Source: a virus (Duplodnaviria > Caudoviricetes). Taken from it: a stretch of DNA of 64,000 nt. The stretch is taken from IMG/VR virus record IMGVR_UViG_3300033121_002193, positions 32,001 through 96,000 of that record. One strand, 5' to 3'. Made by a program: the position numbers and the translations under genes. Position 1 is the stretch's first letter; each line of letters opens with the position of its first letter. Below the pieces are notes generated by a model. It did not search any database, was not told where the DNA came from, and saw only the letters and a program-made list of their open reading frames with translations. Shown here one piece after another: positions 1 to 10,700 of this stretch.

Positions 1-713
1 CCAGATTCACCAGAACCAGGCCCTAACAATACTTTGTGCCAAAATATAAATTGATCATGAACACTGAAACGTTCTTTAGCTAAAACAGATAAAAAATTAT
101 TTTTTTCATTGTTAACAAATTTAAAAAAATTATCTGTAAATAATTGATTAGAAACAGTTCCTTGTTCGCCAAGATTTAAAAATGGACTATAGTATATTTG
201 AGAATTATACTGATCAAAACCTACCCCATTTAATCTGTATCTAATTTCTTTTATTCCAGCACTAACCTGAAAAACTTCTTGAATTGTATAAGCTTTGCCA
301 AAAAACTTTAATCCACTATCATAACTATTTGCACTTTTACCTGTTTGAATTCTGTCTATTAAATCATCTAATTTGGTATGATCGTTGACAATCCAAGCCA
401 TCATATAATCACCTGGACAAATTAATGATAAAAAATTTCTTCCACTTGTCAATATGGTAGATAAATTATGTGATATCCCTTGTTTTTTTGTGCTAATACT
501 CAATGATAATATTTCGCTTGTAATGATAATAGGTTCTGATCTTAATTCTAAATAATCATTTAAATTAATAATTTTATCTTTATTTTTTACAGCAGAAATA
601 TTGTCTATTTTTCTTTTTCTGTATGGAAAAATAGCAATTAAAGCTCTCGGGCTTTGGAAATGAACATCTCCAGAGTTTGCTTTTAATACAATGTTTTTGT
701 ATTTATTAGACAT
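1..713 (-). CDS. Partial tail/baseplate hub-like protein (runs off window start)
   Basis: ATG at 713 overlaps the tape measure stop (TAATG); open frame MSNKYKNIVLKANSGDVHFQSPRALIAIFPY... to the edge; follows the TMP. Confidence 0.55.
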   Translation of the reverse strand, partial: MSNKYKNIVLKANSGDVHFQSPRALIAIFPYRKRKIDNISAVKNKDKIINLNDYLELRSEPIIITSEILSLSISTKKQGISHNLSTILTSGRNFLSLICPGDYMMAWIVNDHTKLDDLIDRIQTGKSANSYDSGLKFFGKAYTIQEVFQVSAGIKEIRYRLNGVGFDQYNSQIYYSPFLNLGEQGTVSNQLFTDNFFKFVNNEKNNFLSVLAKERFSVHDQFIFWHKVLLGPGSGES

Positions 714-3103
714 TATTGTCCTTTAACTTGTCCAGAATTTGGAAATTTTAACTCTTCTGGTTGTGGGGAAAAGGAAGGAACAGCGCCCCTCATCCAATTA
801 TAGCCGCGTTCTGGCAAAGTAATTTCATTTGGTGCATTATAGCCTTCAGGATGTTGAGGGATAGGGCCGCCAAGTCTTCTTTCTAATGCGTTTGTATTAT
901 CAACAATAGCTCTTTCTAAACGACTCATTTGAACGACCAAAGGTGACCCTTCGTCAAATAATGATGGGGTGCCTTTTTTTGTGAAATCTGTGGCCGCTTC
1001 TTTTTGCTGTGCCATAGCTTCGCTAAATTGTTTTGCAAATTCTGGTCTGCCTCGCAAGGTTTCTCGTGCTCTTTCAACGCCAGCACCAAACAATACGTCA
1101 CCAAAAGGGGCGGTTCCTGCTGCTGTGTTTTCAATTTTTGCTTCTGTATTTAATCCAATTGCTTGACCGCCAAATTGATTTACAAATTTTTCAGCTTGCT
1201 GATATGTAACGCCACGAGAAGCCTGATAAGCTAAAATCAATTTGTCACGTAAATTTTCTGAATATGCACGAGACTCTGTTGATGCACCTGGCAGTAAACC
1301 TTGTTGATATTGTTTTAAACCTTCTGGCGATGAAATTTCTTCGGCTGCACTATAGCCTTCCATTTGCATTGCAGCGCCAAGGGTTTTGTGCAATCCAATT
1401 CCAGTTAATCCACGATTTACTTTTTCTATGTTTCCGCCAGCGCCTTTTGTTAATTCTCGCATCAATGATTTATTTGCTACAATTTCATCTACACTCCTTG
1501 CGGTTGTTAATCCCATAAGAGCTGCTGTAGATAAATTTTGAACATCTATGCCTGCTCCAGATAATGCTTCTTGTATGGCCAATGACTGAATCGCCATCCC
1601 CATAACGGTTCCGCCACCACCTTTCATTGAGCGAAATTCATTTGTGGCATTTTGAGCTTCTATAATATCTTGTCTGCCAATTTGAGAGGCATTTAATGAA
1701 CTCAATGATGTTCTTAGTTCTTTTAAAACATTATCTACATTGTCTATTCTTGCTGTGCCACCTTCTGCTAGGCTCTCTGCAGCAAATACCAAATCTTTAA
1801 CTAATGATTTTTCTATGCCAGTTTGAACTCCTCTTGTCATTGCTTGTTCAAACATTTTTAAAACACTTTGTTGATTAGATACAACACCGCCCATTCTTCT
1901 GGTTAACTCAGATGTCTCACCAGGTGAAGAAAGTCCGGCTCGCTCCATTAAAGCCATTGTTCCAATATTAGCTCGTTCTGCGCCGATAAGCCCAGAAGCA
2001 CTATTCATTTGCAACAAAGCTGAAGTTTCAGGAATAGAATATCCGTATTTCCAACCAGTAGAATAAGCCCCTGATAATTTTCTAGCTAACGCTCCGGGTT
2101 TTTCATAACCAGCAATAGCTTGTAAACCCGCTAATTTAGCAGGTGCAAGCCCTAATCTTTCATTTGCTAAATCAATTGAAAAAGCATATTTTGCTCTTAA
2201 ATTCTCTAAAGCCTCTGCCGTCAACTGTCCTTTTTCGGCAGTTAATGCAGATTTTCTTAAAGCAGGATCTATAATATCTTTATTTTCACCGATAGCTTTT
2301 GCAGCGCCCGCACCCGCACCAAAAAGACTGCCAAAAAAGCCTTTTATCGAACCTAAAACACCTCCAGTTGCAACATCAGTGACCCCGCCAATTACTCTAT
2401 TTACTGTAGACCCTGTTTGTGCTGTTTGAGACGCCTCTAATGCTCTTTTCAATCCACCTGTTGCCGCTAAAATTCCATAATCAAGATTTTTGCTAAAAAT
2501 CATGTTTGCAATTTTATTTGGCGCAGCCTGACCTTGTGCTTCATAGCCAATTCTTCTTAAATCAGCACCGGCTACATGACTTACAACTTCTTTTGCAACT
2601 GCACCTACTGCCTGAATCATTCCAGCTGTTTTTAAAGCATCTATAAAACCTGCTCTTTTTGGCATTGATTCTAAGATATCTTTTCTGTGCTGCGCATTTT
2701 CGCGAATATCTCCCATTAGATTTCGCGTAGTCTGTATTTGCTGTTCTTGTTTTCTTAATAAAAGTTCTTTTTCTTTGGCGTTTGTTGTTTTTAGAATTGC
2801 GTCAGCTAAAGCTTCTTGTTCAGATACAGCGTCTTTTAAAATTCTAGCTTGCTCTTTTAATGTATTGTTTATGTTCTTAAGTTGTTCTTGAGCTTCTTTT
2901 TTTGATAATTTATTGAAAAATTTACCTGCATCAGCATCGATATCTTTTAGTATGCTTTTTGTTTTTCTAAATTCATCATTCATTTTATGAAATGATGTTT
3001 TTTCTAATTTAGAAAAAGATTTTCCAATATCATTTAAAGAACGTTGAGCTTGATTAACGTCAAAATTTATTAAACCTTTTATTGTAATTTGTTTATCTGC
3101 CAT
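713..3103 (-). CDS. Tail tape measure protein
   Basis: 796 aa, Ala/Gly-rich helical with N-terminal coiled coil; downstream of tube and chaperone-sized genes. Confidence 0.75.
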   Translation of the reverse strand: MADKQITIKGLINFDVNQAQRSLNDIGKSFSKLEKTSFHKMNDEFRKTKSILKDIDADAGKFFNKLSKKEAQEQLKNINNTLKEQARILKDAVSEQEALADAILKTTNAKEKELLLRKQEQQIQTTRNLMGDIRENAQHRKDILESMPKRAGFIDALKTAGMIQAVGAVAKEVVSHVAGADLRRIGYEAQGQAAPNKIANMIFSKNLDYGILAATGGLKRALEASQTAQTGSTVNRVIGGVTDVATGGVLGSIKGFFGSLFGAGAGAAKAIGENKDIIDPALRKSALTAEKGQLTAEALENLRAKYAFSIDLANERLGLAPAKLAGLQAIAGYEKPGALARKLSGAYSTGWKYGYSIPETSALLQMNSASGLIGAERANIGTMALMERAGLSSPGETSELTRRMGGVVSNQQSVLKMFEQAMTRGVQTGIEKSLVKDLVFAAESLAEGGTARIDNVDNVLKELRTSLSSLNASQIGRQDIIEAQNATNEFRSMKGGGGTVMGMAIQSLAIQEALSGAGIDVQNLSTAALMGLTTARSVDEIVANKSLMRELTKGAGGNIEKVNRGLTGIGLHKTLGAAMQMEGYSAAEEISSPEGLKQYQQGLLPGASTESRAYSENLRDKLILAYQASRGVTYQQAEKFVNQFGGQAIGLNTEAKIENTAAGTAPFGDVLFGAGVERARETLRGRPEFAKQFSEAMAQQKEAATDFTKKGTPSLFDEGSPLVVQMSRLERAIVDNTNALERRLGGPIPQHPEGYNAPNEITLPERGYNWMRGAVPSFSPQPEELKFPNSGQVKGQ

Positions 3104-3110
3104 TAATCAC

Positions 3111-3512
3111 CTAAAAGCTCATATTGATATCAGGAGGTAATTCTTTTTGTTTATTTAGTGCTTCTTGTTCTTTTTTTAATTCATTAAACTCATTTTCTTT
3201 AATCCATTCCTGATCTTCTTCTTCCTTGGTTTTTGAATTTGTGTTTTCATTGTTTTTACTTTTTAAAAGATTATGTTTTGCTTTTAAAACATCATCATTT
3301 GATAAATTAGAGTAATAATTTTCATATAGATGTAACATTATATATGTTATATCTAATTTTTCAACATCAAGTAATGATACATGAAATAAAGAAGAAAATT
3401 GTCTTTGCATTGCTCTTATTTGACTATAAAAATCAGGATTTAATCTATTTTTTAGAGCAATTAAATTAATGGATTCTATGAGGTCTAATTCGGTCAAAAA
3501 ATTTTGTTTCAT
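3111..3512 (-). CDS. Probable tail assembly chaperone (second)
   Basis: 133 aa, directly upstream of the TMP; acidic C-terminus. Confidence 0.5.
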   Translation of the reverse strand: MKQNFLTELDLIESINLIALKNRLNPDFYSQIRAMQRQFSSLFHVSLLDVEKLDITYIMLHLYENYYSNLSNDDVLKAKHNLLKSKNNENTNSKTKEEEDQEWIKENEFNELKKEQEALNKQKELPPDINMSF

Positions 3513-3513
3513 A

Positions 3514-3909
3514 TTATTCTGAAACTATTGATTTTTTTGCTTTTTCGCCTTCTTGTTTAATTGAACTTAACCATTTTTGTGCTTCTTCTTGTATTTTTGC
3601 ATATAATTCAGAAGGTATATTTGCGTCAAAACACTGAGTTAAACTATCTGTTTCTGTGTACCATTGTGGGGCTTCGATTATATAAGCTTTTAATGTTGCT
3701 AAAATATTAGCAGCTCCCTCTACAGTAGGTTCAATAGACTCATCGTTTTTTGGATGATTTAACAATTCTCTTTTTTTGTTTTCTATATTAAACCAATCCA
3801 TTAAATTTAAAATGGGTTTAATGGTAAAAACCCCTTGATAATTGTTTTTTGTAATTGTGCCTTTAGATTCAAATGGGAATTTTAATTTTTCAAATGGATT
3901 TAAATTCAT
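3514..3909 (-). CDS. Probable tail assembly chaperone
   Basis: 131 aa, LATLKAYIIEAPQWY segment; position before the TMP as in SPO1/K-like phages. Confidence 0.55.
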   Translation of the reverse strand: MNLNPFEKLKFPFESKGTITKNNYQGVFTIKPILNLMDWFNIENKKRELLNHPKNDESIEPTVEGAANILATLKAYIIEAPQWYTETDSLTQCFDANIPSELYAKIQEEAQKWLSSIKQEGEKAKKSIVSE

Positions 3910-3963
3910 TAAAATATTATAGCAAAATATCAGCGTTTAATCAATTATTTTTTATAGTAAAAT

Positions 3964-4845
3964 TTACGTAAAGGTCAAAGTAGGTTGAAAAGTAAAATTA
4001 GCACAAAAAGAAACCCCGCTTACATCAACTGCAGAGCCACCAGAAACAGGTACAGACATCCATAAACCAAACATATCACCTTTAGATACAGGATAACCAG
4101 CAGGAGAATAAATATTAATACTATCAACATCACCAGGGAGAGCTACCACAACCGGAGCAATTGCAACTGGATTCGTTCGATTAATCTTTGTCGCTTTAAT
4201 AACCAAGCCATTAACTTCTGTTACTTTATACAATCCAACATTTTCACAATTAGGCCCTAAAAACGGGGTTCCGTTGATATTAAAATCAAGAAAATCGCCA
4301 ACAGATGGAGTATTTCTAAAAACAGTAGTAGCAGTAAAAACAATATCTTTACCACTTACAGTCATAGCATATTGTCCTCCATTTTGCAGCAATCCAACAT
4401 TTAAAGATAAAGGAATATCAACATATGTGTTATTTTCCATCCCGGTTAGTAAATGAATGCCAGAATTAATATAATTAGAAAAATTATTATAATAAGTAAA
4501 TGCCGTCAATCCATAGTCTTTGCTAGCTGTCGTAGCTGAAGTAAAAGAGCCGCCCACAACAAGTGAATCATAACAATATAAATCACCTTTTGTAATAAAT
4601 CCGTTACAAGGAACCTTGAAAATTGGCATGTGCTGATAATAAAGACCTACTGCTGGAGCAGGAAGCTTAAACATATGTGAAATATATTTATTCTTTATTC
4701 CATCAATTAAACCATCGCCAGCAATTAAATTACCTAATTTAATATCATCTTTTGTATTTCCAGTTAATTGCCCAAATGGTTTAAATGCTGGTTGTGAATT
4801 GCCAAAATCATTTAAAGTTTTTCTTTGTATTTCTAACATTGCCAT
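3964..4845 (-). CDS. Putative virion structural protein (beta-rich)
   Basis: 293 aa; RBS GGAG; CTTAATCT motif upstream; shares a PxVGD..NVGxYxV motif with the sheath inserts. Confidence 0.5.
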   Translation of the reverse strand: MAMLEIQRKTLNDFGNSQPAFKPFGQLTGNTKDDIKLGNLIAGDGLIDGIKNKYISHMFKLPAPAVGLYYQHMPIFKVPCNGFITKGDLYCYDSLVVGGSFTSATTASKDYGLTAFTYYNNFSNYINSGIHLLTGMENNTYVDIPLSLNVGLLQNGGQYAMTVSGKDIVFTATTVFRNTPSVGDFLDFNINGTPFLGPNCENVGLYKVTEVNGLVIKATKINRTNPVAIAPVVVALPGDVDSINIYSPAGYPVSKGDMFGLWMSVPVSGGSAVDVSGVSFCANFTFQPTLTFT

Positions 4846-4873
4846 TGTATAAATTCTCCTATTTTACTAAATT

Positions 4874-4881
4874 AGATTAAG
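4874..4881 (-). promoter_or_regulatory. Candidate late promoter motif CTTAATCT
   Basis: About 29 nt upstream of the 4845 start; same 8-mer precedes other structural genes. Confidence 0.55.
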
Positions 4882-4884
4882 TAA

Positions 4885-5343
4885 TTATTTTACTTCATTA
4901 TTTTTTTTAAAGTTCATATAATCAGCAATTTTTTGCCAAAAATCTAAACCAGTTATTAATGCCAAATTTTCTAAATTAGATTTTAATTCAGTAACAGCAA
5001 TTAATCCTGCAACCAATTTAACAACTGGAGCTCCTAAGCCAAAGACAGTTTCAACAACATAACTAAGAATAACTGCTAATTCATAAGCTAACATTTTATT
5101 CACAGTTCTTCTTAAACCAATTGAAGTTATTTTTTGTTTGTTTTTTATAACGGCCCATAAAGCTGTAATTAAATCTGAAATAACTAAAACAACAATCGCT
5201 GTCATAATTGCATGAATGGGTGACACAAAAACAATCAACCATCCCGCAAATTGACTAATAGCTAAAAATAAATCATCAAATTTAATATGTGCTATTATGT
5301 TTTTTAAAAAAAATAATATTTTTTCTTTATATAATTGTAACAC
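4885..5343 (-). CDS. Phage holin (holin 4-1 / toxin-secretion type)
   Basis: Several TM segments; DLITALW..ITSIGLRRTVNK..ELKSNLENL pattern; basic C-terminus. Confidence 0.75.
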   Translation of the reverse strand: MLQLYKEKILFFLKNIIAHIKFDDLFLAISQFAGWLIVFVSPIHAIMTAIVVLVISDLITALWAVIKNKQKITSIGLRRTVNKMLAYELAVILSYVVETVFGLGAPVVKLVAGLIAVTELKSNLENLALITGLDFWQKIADYMNFKKNNEVK

Positions 5344-6058
5344 TTGCTGTTCCAGTTGTGGGCGGAGTATTAGTATAAAACACGCTAATATCTTTATCTG
5401 TAACCATTTTTAATAAATTAGAGCCAAAGTCTAAAACCATTTCTTTGCCTGGAGCAAGATCCCATCCTTGACTATAATCATAAGCAAATCCAAGTTCAAC
5501 ATCTGTATAATTACACAAAATTAACATTGTTCTATCAGAATCAGTTGTTAAAATTAAATTAGAAGTAGCTGCGTTATTACTTGTAATAAAACTAAAATCA
5601 ACGGTATCCATTAATGGAGCAATTGGAGTTAATTTAGAAATTGCTGTTGTTGGAGATGTAGTTTTTCCTAATCCATCCACTAAATGAACCCTAAATGCAT
5701 TTACTGGACTTGTTTCGTATGCCGCCAATGGAATATGATCAGATTCAGGAATTTCTCGTCTTTCTGGAATAATACGAATAGATGCGCCATTTGCTAACAA
5801 AAACATAGAACAATCCTTTACTGATACATAATTTTTATCTGCTGTTGGTGCAATACCAGCAACAAACTGTGTATCAGATAGAACTTCTAAAATTTCTAAT
5901 TGAACACGTTCTGTACCAAGCAAATCAAATAACATAAATTTTTGTTTAACAAACAGCCCCTCTGTACTAGCAACTGTTAATACACCATTGCTGCCACCAT
6001 CAGCTGTTAAAACAATCAATAAATCTTCATAAATGTCTGCTTGTTTTCTTAACGCCAT
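5327..6058 (-). CDS. Putative virion structural protein
   Basis: 243 aa beta-rich ORF in the tail operon, RBS GAGG. Confidence 0.45.
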   Translation of the reverse strand: MALRKQADIYEDLLIVLTADGGSNGVLTVASTEGLFVKQKFMLFDLLGTERVQLEILEVLSDTQFVAGIAPTADKNYVSVKDCSMFLLANGASIRIIPERREIPESDHIPLAAYETSPVNAFRVHLVDGLGKTTSPTTAISKLTPIAPLMDTVDFSFITSNNAATSNLILTTDSDRTMLILCNYTDVELGFAYDYSQGWDLAPGKEMVLDFGSNLLKMVTDKDISVFYTNTPPTTGTASVTII

Positions 6059-6089
6059 TTTTTTTTACCTCTATAATTAAATATAATTA

Positions 6090-6578
6090 TTATTGAAATT
6101 TAGCTGGATCGCCCGGATCTTCAAATAAAACACCTTCTTCAATTGATTCGTCTTGAAGAGCAATACCCAAAAATGTTACAGTATATGTATTTGTAGCTTT
6201 TGCTCCTAGTTCACTGGATACACCTGTGTTTCGACATCGTGTAACGCGTCTAATTACTTTTTTTGTTTCTCTATCTTCAATATGTATGTCAAATTCAACA
6301 TTTTTAAATAATTCACCCAATGGAGTTGCAATAGATTTTCCATTTTCTTTATGGTAAACCCCTTTGCCAATTACAACAAATCCATTTAGAGTTACTGAAA
6401 CAGCTTCATAAGAAGTCAAAACAATTTCTTGAGCCTCAAACCTTCCCAGTGTATGAATTGCTTCAGCTCCATGACTAACATTAAAACTAACACTTGTGGC
6501 AACACCAACAAGTCTATTTGCCACATAGACTTTGGCGCGCGCTCCCTGCATTGTTTCTGCAATACCATTAATTGCCAT
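6090..6578 (-). CDS. Tail tube protein
   Basis: 162 aa directly after the sheath; GARAKVYV..VGVATSVSF..IHTLGRFEAQEI like K/SPO1-type tubes. Confidence 0.8.
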   Translation of the reverse strand: MAINGIAETMQGARAKVYVANRLVGVATSVSFNVSHGAEAIHTLGRFEAQEIVLTSYEAVSVTLNGFVVIGKGVYHKENGKSIATPLGELFKNVEFDIHIEDRETKKVIRRVTRCRNTGVSSELGAKATNTYTVTFLGIALQDESIEEGVLFEDPGDPAKFQ

Positions 6579-6597
6579 AAATTAAATCCTTTTAAAA

Positions 6598-9465
6598 TTA
6601 AGCTGTTTGAGTTACTTGCGATACGTTTAAAGTAATTGGAACAAACGCAATTGCATTTGTAATGTACACGTTAACATTTACTCGCATAACTGGACCTGAT
6701 ATTTGAACTGATGCCGCATCAAATCCGGCTGGAGCCCCATCGCTTGGTGAAATTAATTTGTTTTGCAAATATTGATCCATTTTGTATTTTAAAAATACTA
6801 AAGCATTTGCTGCAGAAATATCAGAAATTGCTTGACCAACAGCAAAATTATCAAAAGATTGTAATAAATCTAAAGCCATAAAATCTGCTGTGTACATTAC
6901 CTGTAAACTATTAAAGACAAAATTATTATCTTTGCCATAAGTAGTTTGATCACTTACCCAACGGAAACCACCGGTAGGTGGATTTTCTAATATTAATAAT
7001 CCTGACAAAATGGCGTCTTCTAATTGTCCATTGTTTCTCGGATTAAAATCATTAAACGGTGTAATTATTCCTGATATGTTTGCATACTTGTGCATTATTG
7101 ATTTATACAAACCAATTGCTTGCATAGAGGCTGCAACTGCAGCAGTGTACCAGGGTTGAAACTGCACGATATTACCAGAAATTCCGACAGCCTTTACGTC
7201 TTGAAATGTAAGCGCAACTCTTGCAGATGCCAAATTTTGAGCTTGTATTTTGCAATTTGCATATGTATTTCTATAAGACAAAACCGCAAGTCTGTTTTTT
7301 CTCATTTTAATTTGAGACATTGCCAAAACATGACTTTTTGTATATGCATTTATAGCGTCAATAGTATATGTAGAACTCACATCGGTCAAACCATCTACAA
7401 TATCTAATGATGCGTCTCTGCTAAACAAAGGAACTATGAAATTACAATCAATATCTGCCAATTTGTCAATTGTCGCAATAACCGCAGCACCAGAGGTTCC
7501 TGCTTTTGTTCCACCAGCAAAAAATGTTGGCATTAAACTGGATTCTGGCAAACCTGCAACAGCAATGCTTGTAAAAGACACGTTAGAAGAAAGAGCTAAT
7601 TTTGTTTTAAAATCGTACAAATCTCTTTTAATTCTACAAGGATATAAAGTTCCAGCTGTTGAAGTAGCACACGAATATACACCTTGATCTAAAATAGTGG
7701 GCGATAATTGCCCCACAGAAGCAGTTGCAACCGCAGCAGTATAACCCGTTTGTGAATTAATATATCCGACTAAATCTGATAAAGTTGGATAATTTGAGAA
7801 ATTTAAAGTCAAATTTGCGCCAGATCCGCCAGTTACAGAAGTCGATAAAGAAGTTCCAGTAACAGTAACTGTTGCGGTTGTTCCTACATAAGAAAGTTTA
7901 AGAGCAACATTGCCACCTATTGCCGTATATGATTCTTGTAAATTATCCGTAGAACGACTAATTAACAAATTAGCTTGATAATCTATTCCAGCCACGAAAT
8001 AAGGAATTGATGCTGTAGAAATCCATGTTGCAGCAGTAGTAGTTCCTAAATTATAAAATACTTGATTTACATTTCTTGTTCCGCCACCATCTGAAAGTTC
8101 AAAACCTAATTGAATTCCATCAATCCAAGGACGAGATACTCTTGCGTCATTATCAGGGGTTGCACTAAAAGTAGTCGCAGCTACGTTTACCGGTGAGCCA
8201 TTAGATAATCTAGCAGCAATACAATATGCGGAACTAGTAACATTGTTAACTGTACTGACTGTGTAATATCCAACATTAGCATTTCCTGCCCCCGAGATAG
8301 AAGACCCACTTGGTATATAAAAAATATCTCCAACCCTTGGAGCATTAGCTCCTTGCGCAAAAGCAGTAGCGCCTGTTAAATTTAATCGTAAATTTGCACC
8401 AGATGCAGTTACAGAAACGCCTGCACTTGCCAATGCAGCAAATGAATTTCTGTTTGTGCCCGATTTGTCAGTTATTGACATTGGGCTATACACTTGCATA
8501 TCATTTGTTACTGTTGCGCTAAATGGAGTTGCAACAACACTTACAGGGGCGGTCACGGTTGCATTTACGTGATCTGCTACCTTGGTTGCCGTAATAAACG
8601 CAGATAAAGTGGTATTAGAAACAGATGTAACAACATATGTTCCTAAATTTGCACTGCCAGCACCAGCGAAAGCCGAATCAGCAGTTGCTCCATATAATGT
8701 ATTTGCGGGTAACACTAATAAATCACCAGGAACAGGAGTCGTTGCAAATACACTTCCGGCTGCTAATGTAAATGTTGCAGAATTTCCAGCAGCAACCGTT
8801 GTTACATTTATTGTTGCCAAACCAGTAAAAGCACTTCTATTTACACCGCCAGTTGCTAATAAAGATCCACTTGTTAATGTAGAAACTAATGTATTAGGAG
8901 GTATGTTCGGATTTATTGTCAAAGAAGTATTTGCCCCACCTCTAATTCTATAATTTAAAATAGCAGAAGTGGCCGCACTTGGAACAGGAATATAACTAAA
9001 AGTTCCTGTTGTTGGAGCTATTGCATTGGTATAAACTGATGTTTCCCATTTTAAATTACTACCATTTGCGCCAGCTTTTAAAGCAGATAAAGTGCCATAA
9101 GTCGTAGATATTGTTGGAATTGCACTTGAAGCAATTGTGCTAGGATTTGTTTTATATAAATAAATCCTAGTTACACTTCCCGGAAGGTTTGGGTCGTTTG
9201 CGGGAGCAACTGCCGCTTTAAAGGCTTCAACCAATGGGCCTGATGTATATTTATTAATTACATCACCCATTTGAGAAGGGGTGTAATAATTCAAAGACAG
9301 GTCTTCGGTAGCCGCGCTAGTCGCCAAGCCTTCGTCTGCTTCTCCGATTAAAGCTAAAATACCAGCTACACCAATTCCAGAAGCAGGAGTTTGTACATTT
9401 AATCTAGTATAAGCGCCAGGGATAATTAATGTCCCAAAATCAGAAGAAGAATATGTAAGTGCCAT
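6598..9465 (-). CDS. Tail sheath protein (enlarged, with inserted domains)
   Basis: N-terminal IIPGAYTR..ALIGEADEG; C-terminal sheath core (FRWVSDQTTY..ITNAIAFVPITL). Confidence 0.9.
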   Translation of the reverse strand: MALTYSSSDFGTLIIPGAYTRLNVQTPASGIGVAGILALIGEADEGLATSAATEDLSLNYYTPSQMGDVINKYTSGPLVEAFKAAVAPANDPNLPGSVTRIYLYKTNPSTIASSAIPTISTTYGTLSALKAGANGSNLKWETSVYTNAIAPTTGTFSYIPVPSAATSAILNYRIRGGANTSLTINPNIPPNTLVSTLTSGSLLATGGVNRSAFTGLATINVTTVAAGNSATFTLAAGSVFATTPVPGDLLVLPANTLYGATADSAFAGAGSANLGTYVVTSVSNTTLSAFITATKVADHVNATVTAPVSVVATPFSATVTNDMQVYSPMSITDKSGTNRNSFAALASAGVSVTASGANLRLNLTGATAFAQGANAPRVGDIFYIPSGSSISGAGNANVGYYTVSTVNNVTSSAYCIAARLSNGSPVNVAATTFSATPDNDARVSRPWIDGIQLGFELSDGGGTRNVNQVFYNLGTTTAATWISTASIPYFVAGIDYQANLLISRSTDNLQESYTAIGGNVALKLSYVGTTATVTVTGTSLSTSVTGGSGANLTLNFSNYPTLSDLVGYINSQTGYTAAVATASVGQLSPTILDQGVYSCATSTAGTLYPCRIKRDLYDFKTKLALSSNVSFTSIAVAGLPESSLMPTFFAGGTKAGTSGAAVIATIDKLADIDCNFIVPLFSRDASLDIVDGLTDVSSTYTIDAINAYTKSHVLAMSQIKMRKNRLAVLSYRNTYANCKIQAQNLASARVALTFQDVKAVGISGNIVQFQPWYTAAVAASMQAIGLYKSIMHKYANISGIITPFNDFNPRNNGQLEDAILSGLLILENPPTGGFRWVSDQTTYGKDNNFVFNSLQVMYTADFMALDLLQSFDNFAVGQAISDISAANALVFLKYKMDQYLQNKLISPSDGAPAGFDAASVQISGPVMRVNVNVYITNAIAFVPITLNVSQVTQTA

Positions 9466-9492
9466 AAAAATATCCTATGAAAGTTTAATAAT

Positions 9493-9500
9493 AGATTAAG
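9493..9500 (-). promoter_or_regulatory. Candidate late promoter motif CTTAATCT
   Basis: About 28 nt upstream of the sheath start. Confidence 0.55.
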
Positions 9501-9734
9501 TTATATACCAAAATGTTTACAACAAAATTCCCATTTTTCTGGCGTGTCTAAAAAACCCATTGTCTGAATGTGTAATTTAACGGGTTCTTTCCATTCTTGT
9601 TTAATATTATGTGTTTTTGCATAATACATGAAAAAATCATCAAAATTATAAAACATAATGGCAGGTTGTGTGTTTTCAACATTTATTTGATTTTCTTCTG
9701 TAAAAACCAGGTCATCTTTTTTCTTAAAAGCCAT
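9501..9734 (-). CDS. Small protein upstream of sheath
   Basis: ATG at 9734 with AGAGG RBS; same position as the ~70 aa pre-sheath gene of K-like phages. Confidence 0.6.
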   Translation of the reverse strand: MAFKKKDDLVFTEENQINVENTQPAIMFYNFDDFFMYYAKTHNIKQEWKEPVKLHIQTMGFLDTPEKWEFCCKHFGI

Positions 9735-9757
9735 ATTCAAAATTCCTCTTGTGAAAT

Positions 9758-9765
9758 AGATTAAG
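9758..9765 (-). promoter_or_regulatory. Candidate late promoter motif CTTAATCT
   Basis: About 24 nt upstream of the 9734 start. Confidence 0.5.
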
Positions 9766-10699
9766 TTTTTAATAATTTTGCATAAACCGTTTTAGTAGGA
9801 TCATTTATTTTTACTAAATTAATATCTGTAATAACGCCTTCATATAATTGTGAAAAATCTTGAACCCAACGAGATTGAACTAAAGAATCCATATAAATAG
9901 TTTTTGAATAAATGATGTTTTTTCCATGGGCTTCATCATTTTCCATATTAACCCCAGTAGAAGAAACTGATGATAAACTAAAAGTATTTTGTTCTAATAA
10001 AGATCTGTATCTTAAAATTATATATAATAAAATATCATGTAACCAAATGATTGCGGCAGTTTCGCCATTTACTCTGCAAGTTATTTCATATTTTTGTTCA
10101 AAATGAGCTATATGTCTATTTATTTTTAATTTATTAAATTGTGGTCTAACATAACTTTCTGTAAAATCATCACGTACATTTTTTTGTATTCTAAATTCTT
10201 TTTCCGATAAAATTTCCTCAATTGGATATACTGTATTACTTTTTTTGCTAACTAATCCTTGTCCCTTGAAAATAAAAGGATATTCTATTAAAGTATTAGG
10301 CAAAGTAACTATTCCACTAGATAAATCATAACTTACGTTTATTGGTCCAAGTATATAGATTGGTTGCTCTATTAAATCCTGTTCTGTAATATATTCTTCA
10401 TGTGGCATATCGCAATCACCAAGACTAGCCATTGGTTTTGATTCTACAGAAGACGGGTTTGAAATAATAATAGAAGGATATCTTGCTTGATCAAATGACC
10501 ATTCAAAACCAACATCTATGTAATTTTGCAAAAACCAGTTTTTAGCTCGTTCAATTTCTTTTTTTCCATAGTTTAAATTAACTAAATCTAACTGATCGTA
10601 TTCAAAAACGAAATCAATAAAAAATGGATGTTTTCTTAAATCAGCAATTCCTTGTTTAATAACATTTAATAGTAAAATATCACTTTGCGCAATAGACAT
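9761..10699 (-). CDS. Probable tail terminator/neck protein
   Basis: 312 aa; YPSIII..ESKPMASLGD pattern; synteny with the K-like neck module. Confidence 0.5.
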   Translation of the reverse strand: MSIAQSDILLLNVIKQGIADLRKHPFFIDFVFEYDQLDLVNLNYGKKEIERAKNWFLQNYIDVGFEWSFDQARYPSIIISNPSSVESKPMASLGDCDMPHEEYITEQDLIEQPIYILGPINVSYDLSSGIVTLPNTLIEYPFIFKGQGLVSKKSNTVYPIEEILSEKEFRIQKNVRDDFTESYVRPQFNKLKINRHIAHFEQKYEITCRVNGETAAIIWLHDILLYIILRYRSLLEQNTFSLSSVSSTGVNMENDEAHGKNIIYSKTIYMDSLVQSRWVQDFSQLYEGVITDINLVKINDPTKTVYAKLLKT

Positions 10700-10700
10700 A

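Noticed and set aside
3111-3909. Classic -1 frameshift between the tail chaperone genes
   Set aside because: An A-run is present, but the -1 frame hits TGA and the downstream gene is in the +1 frame behind a TAG
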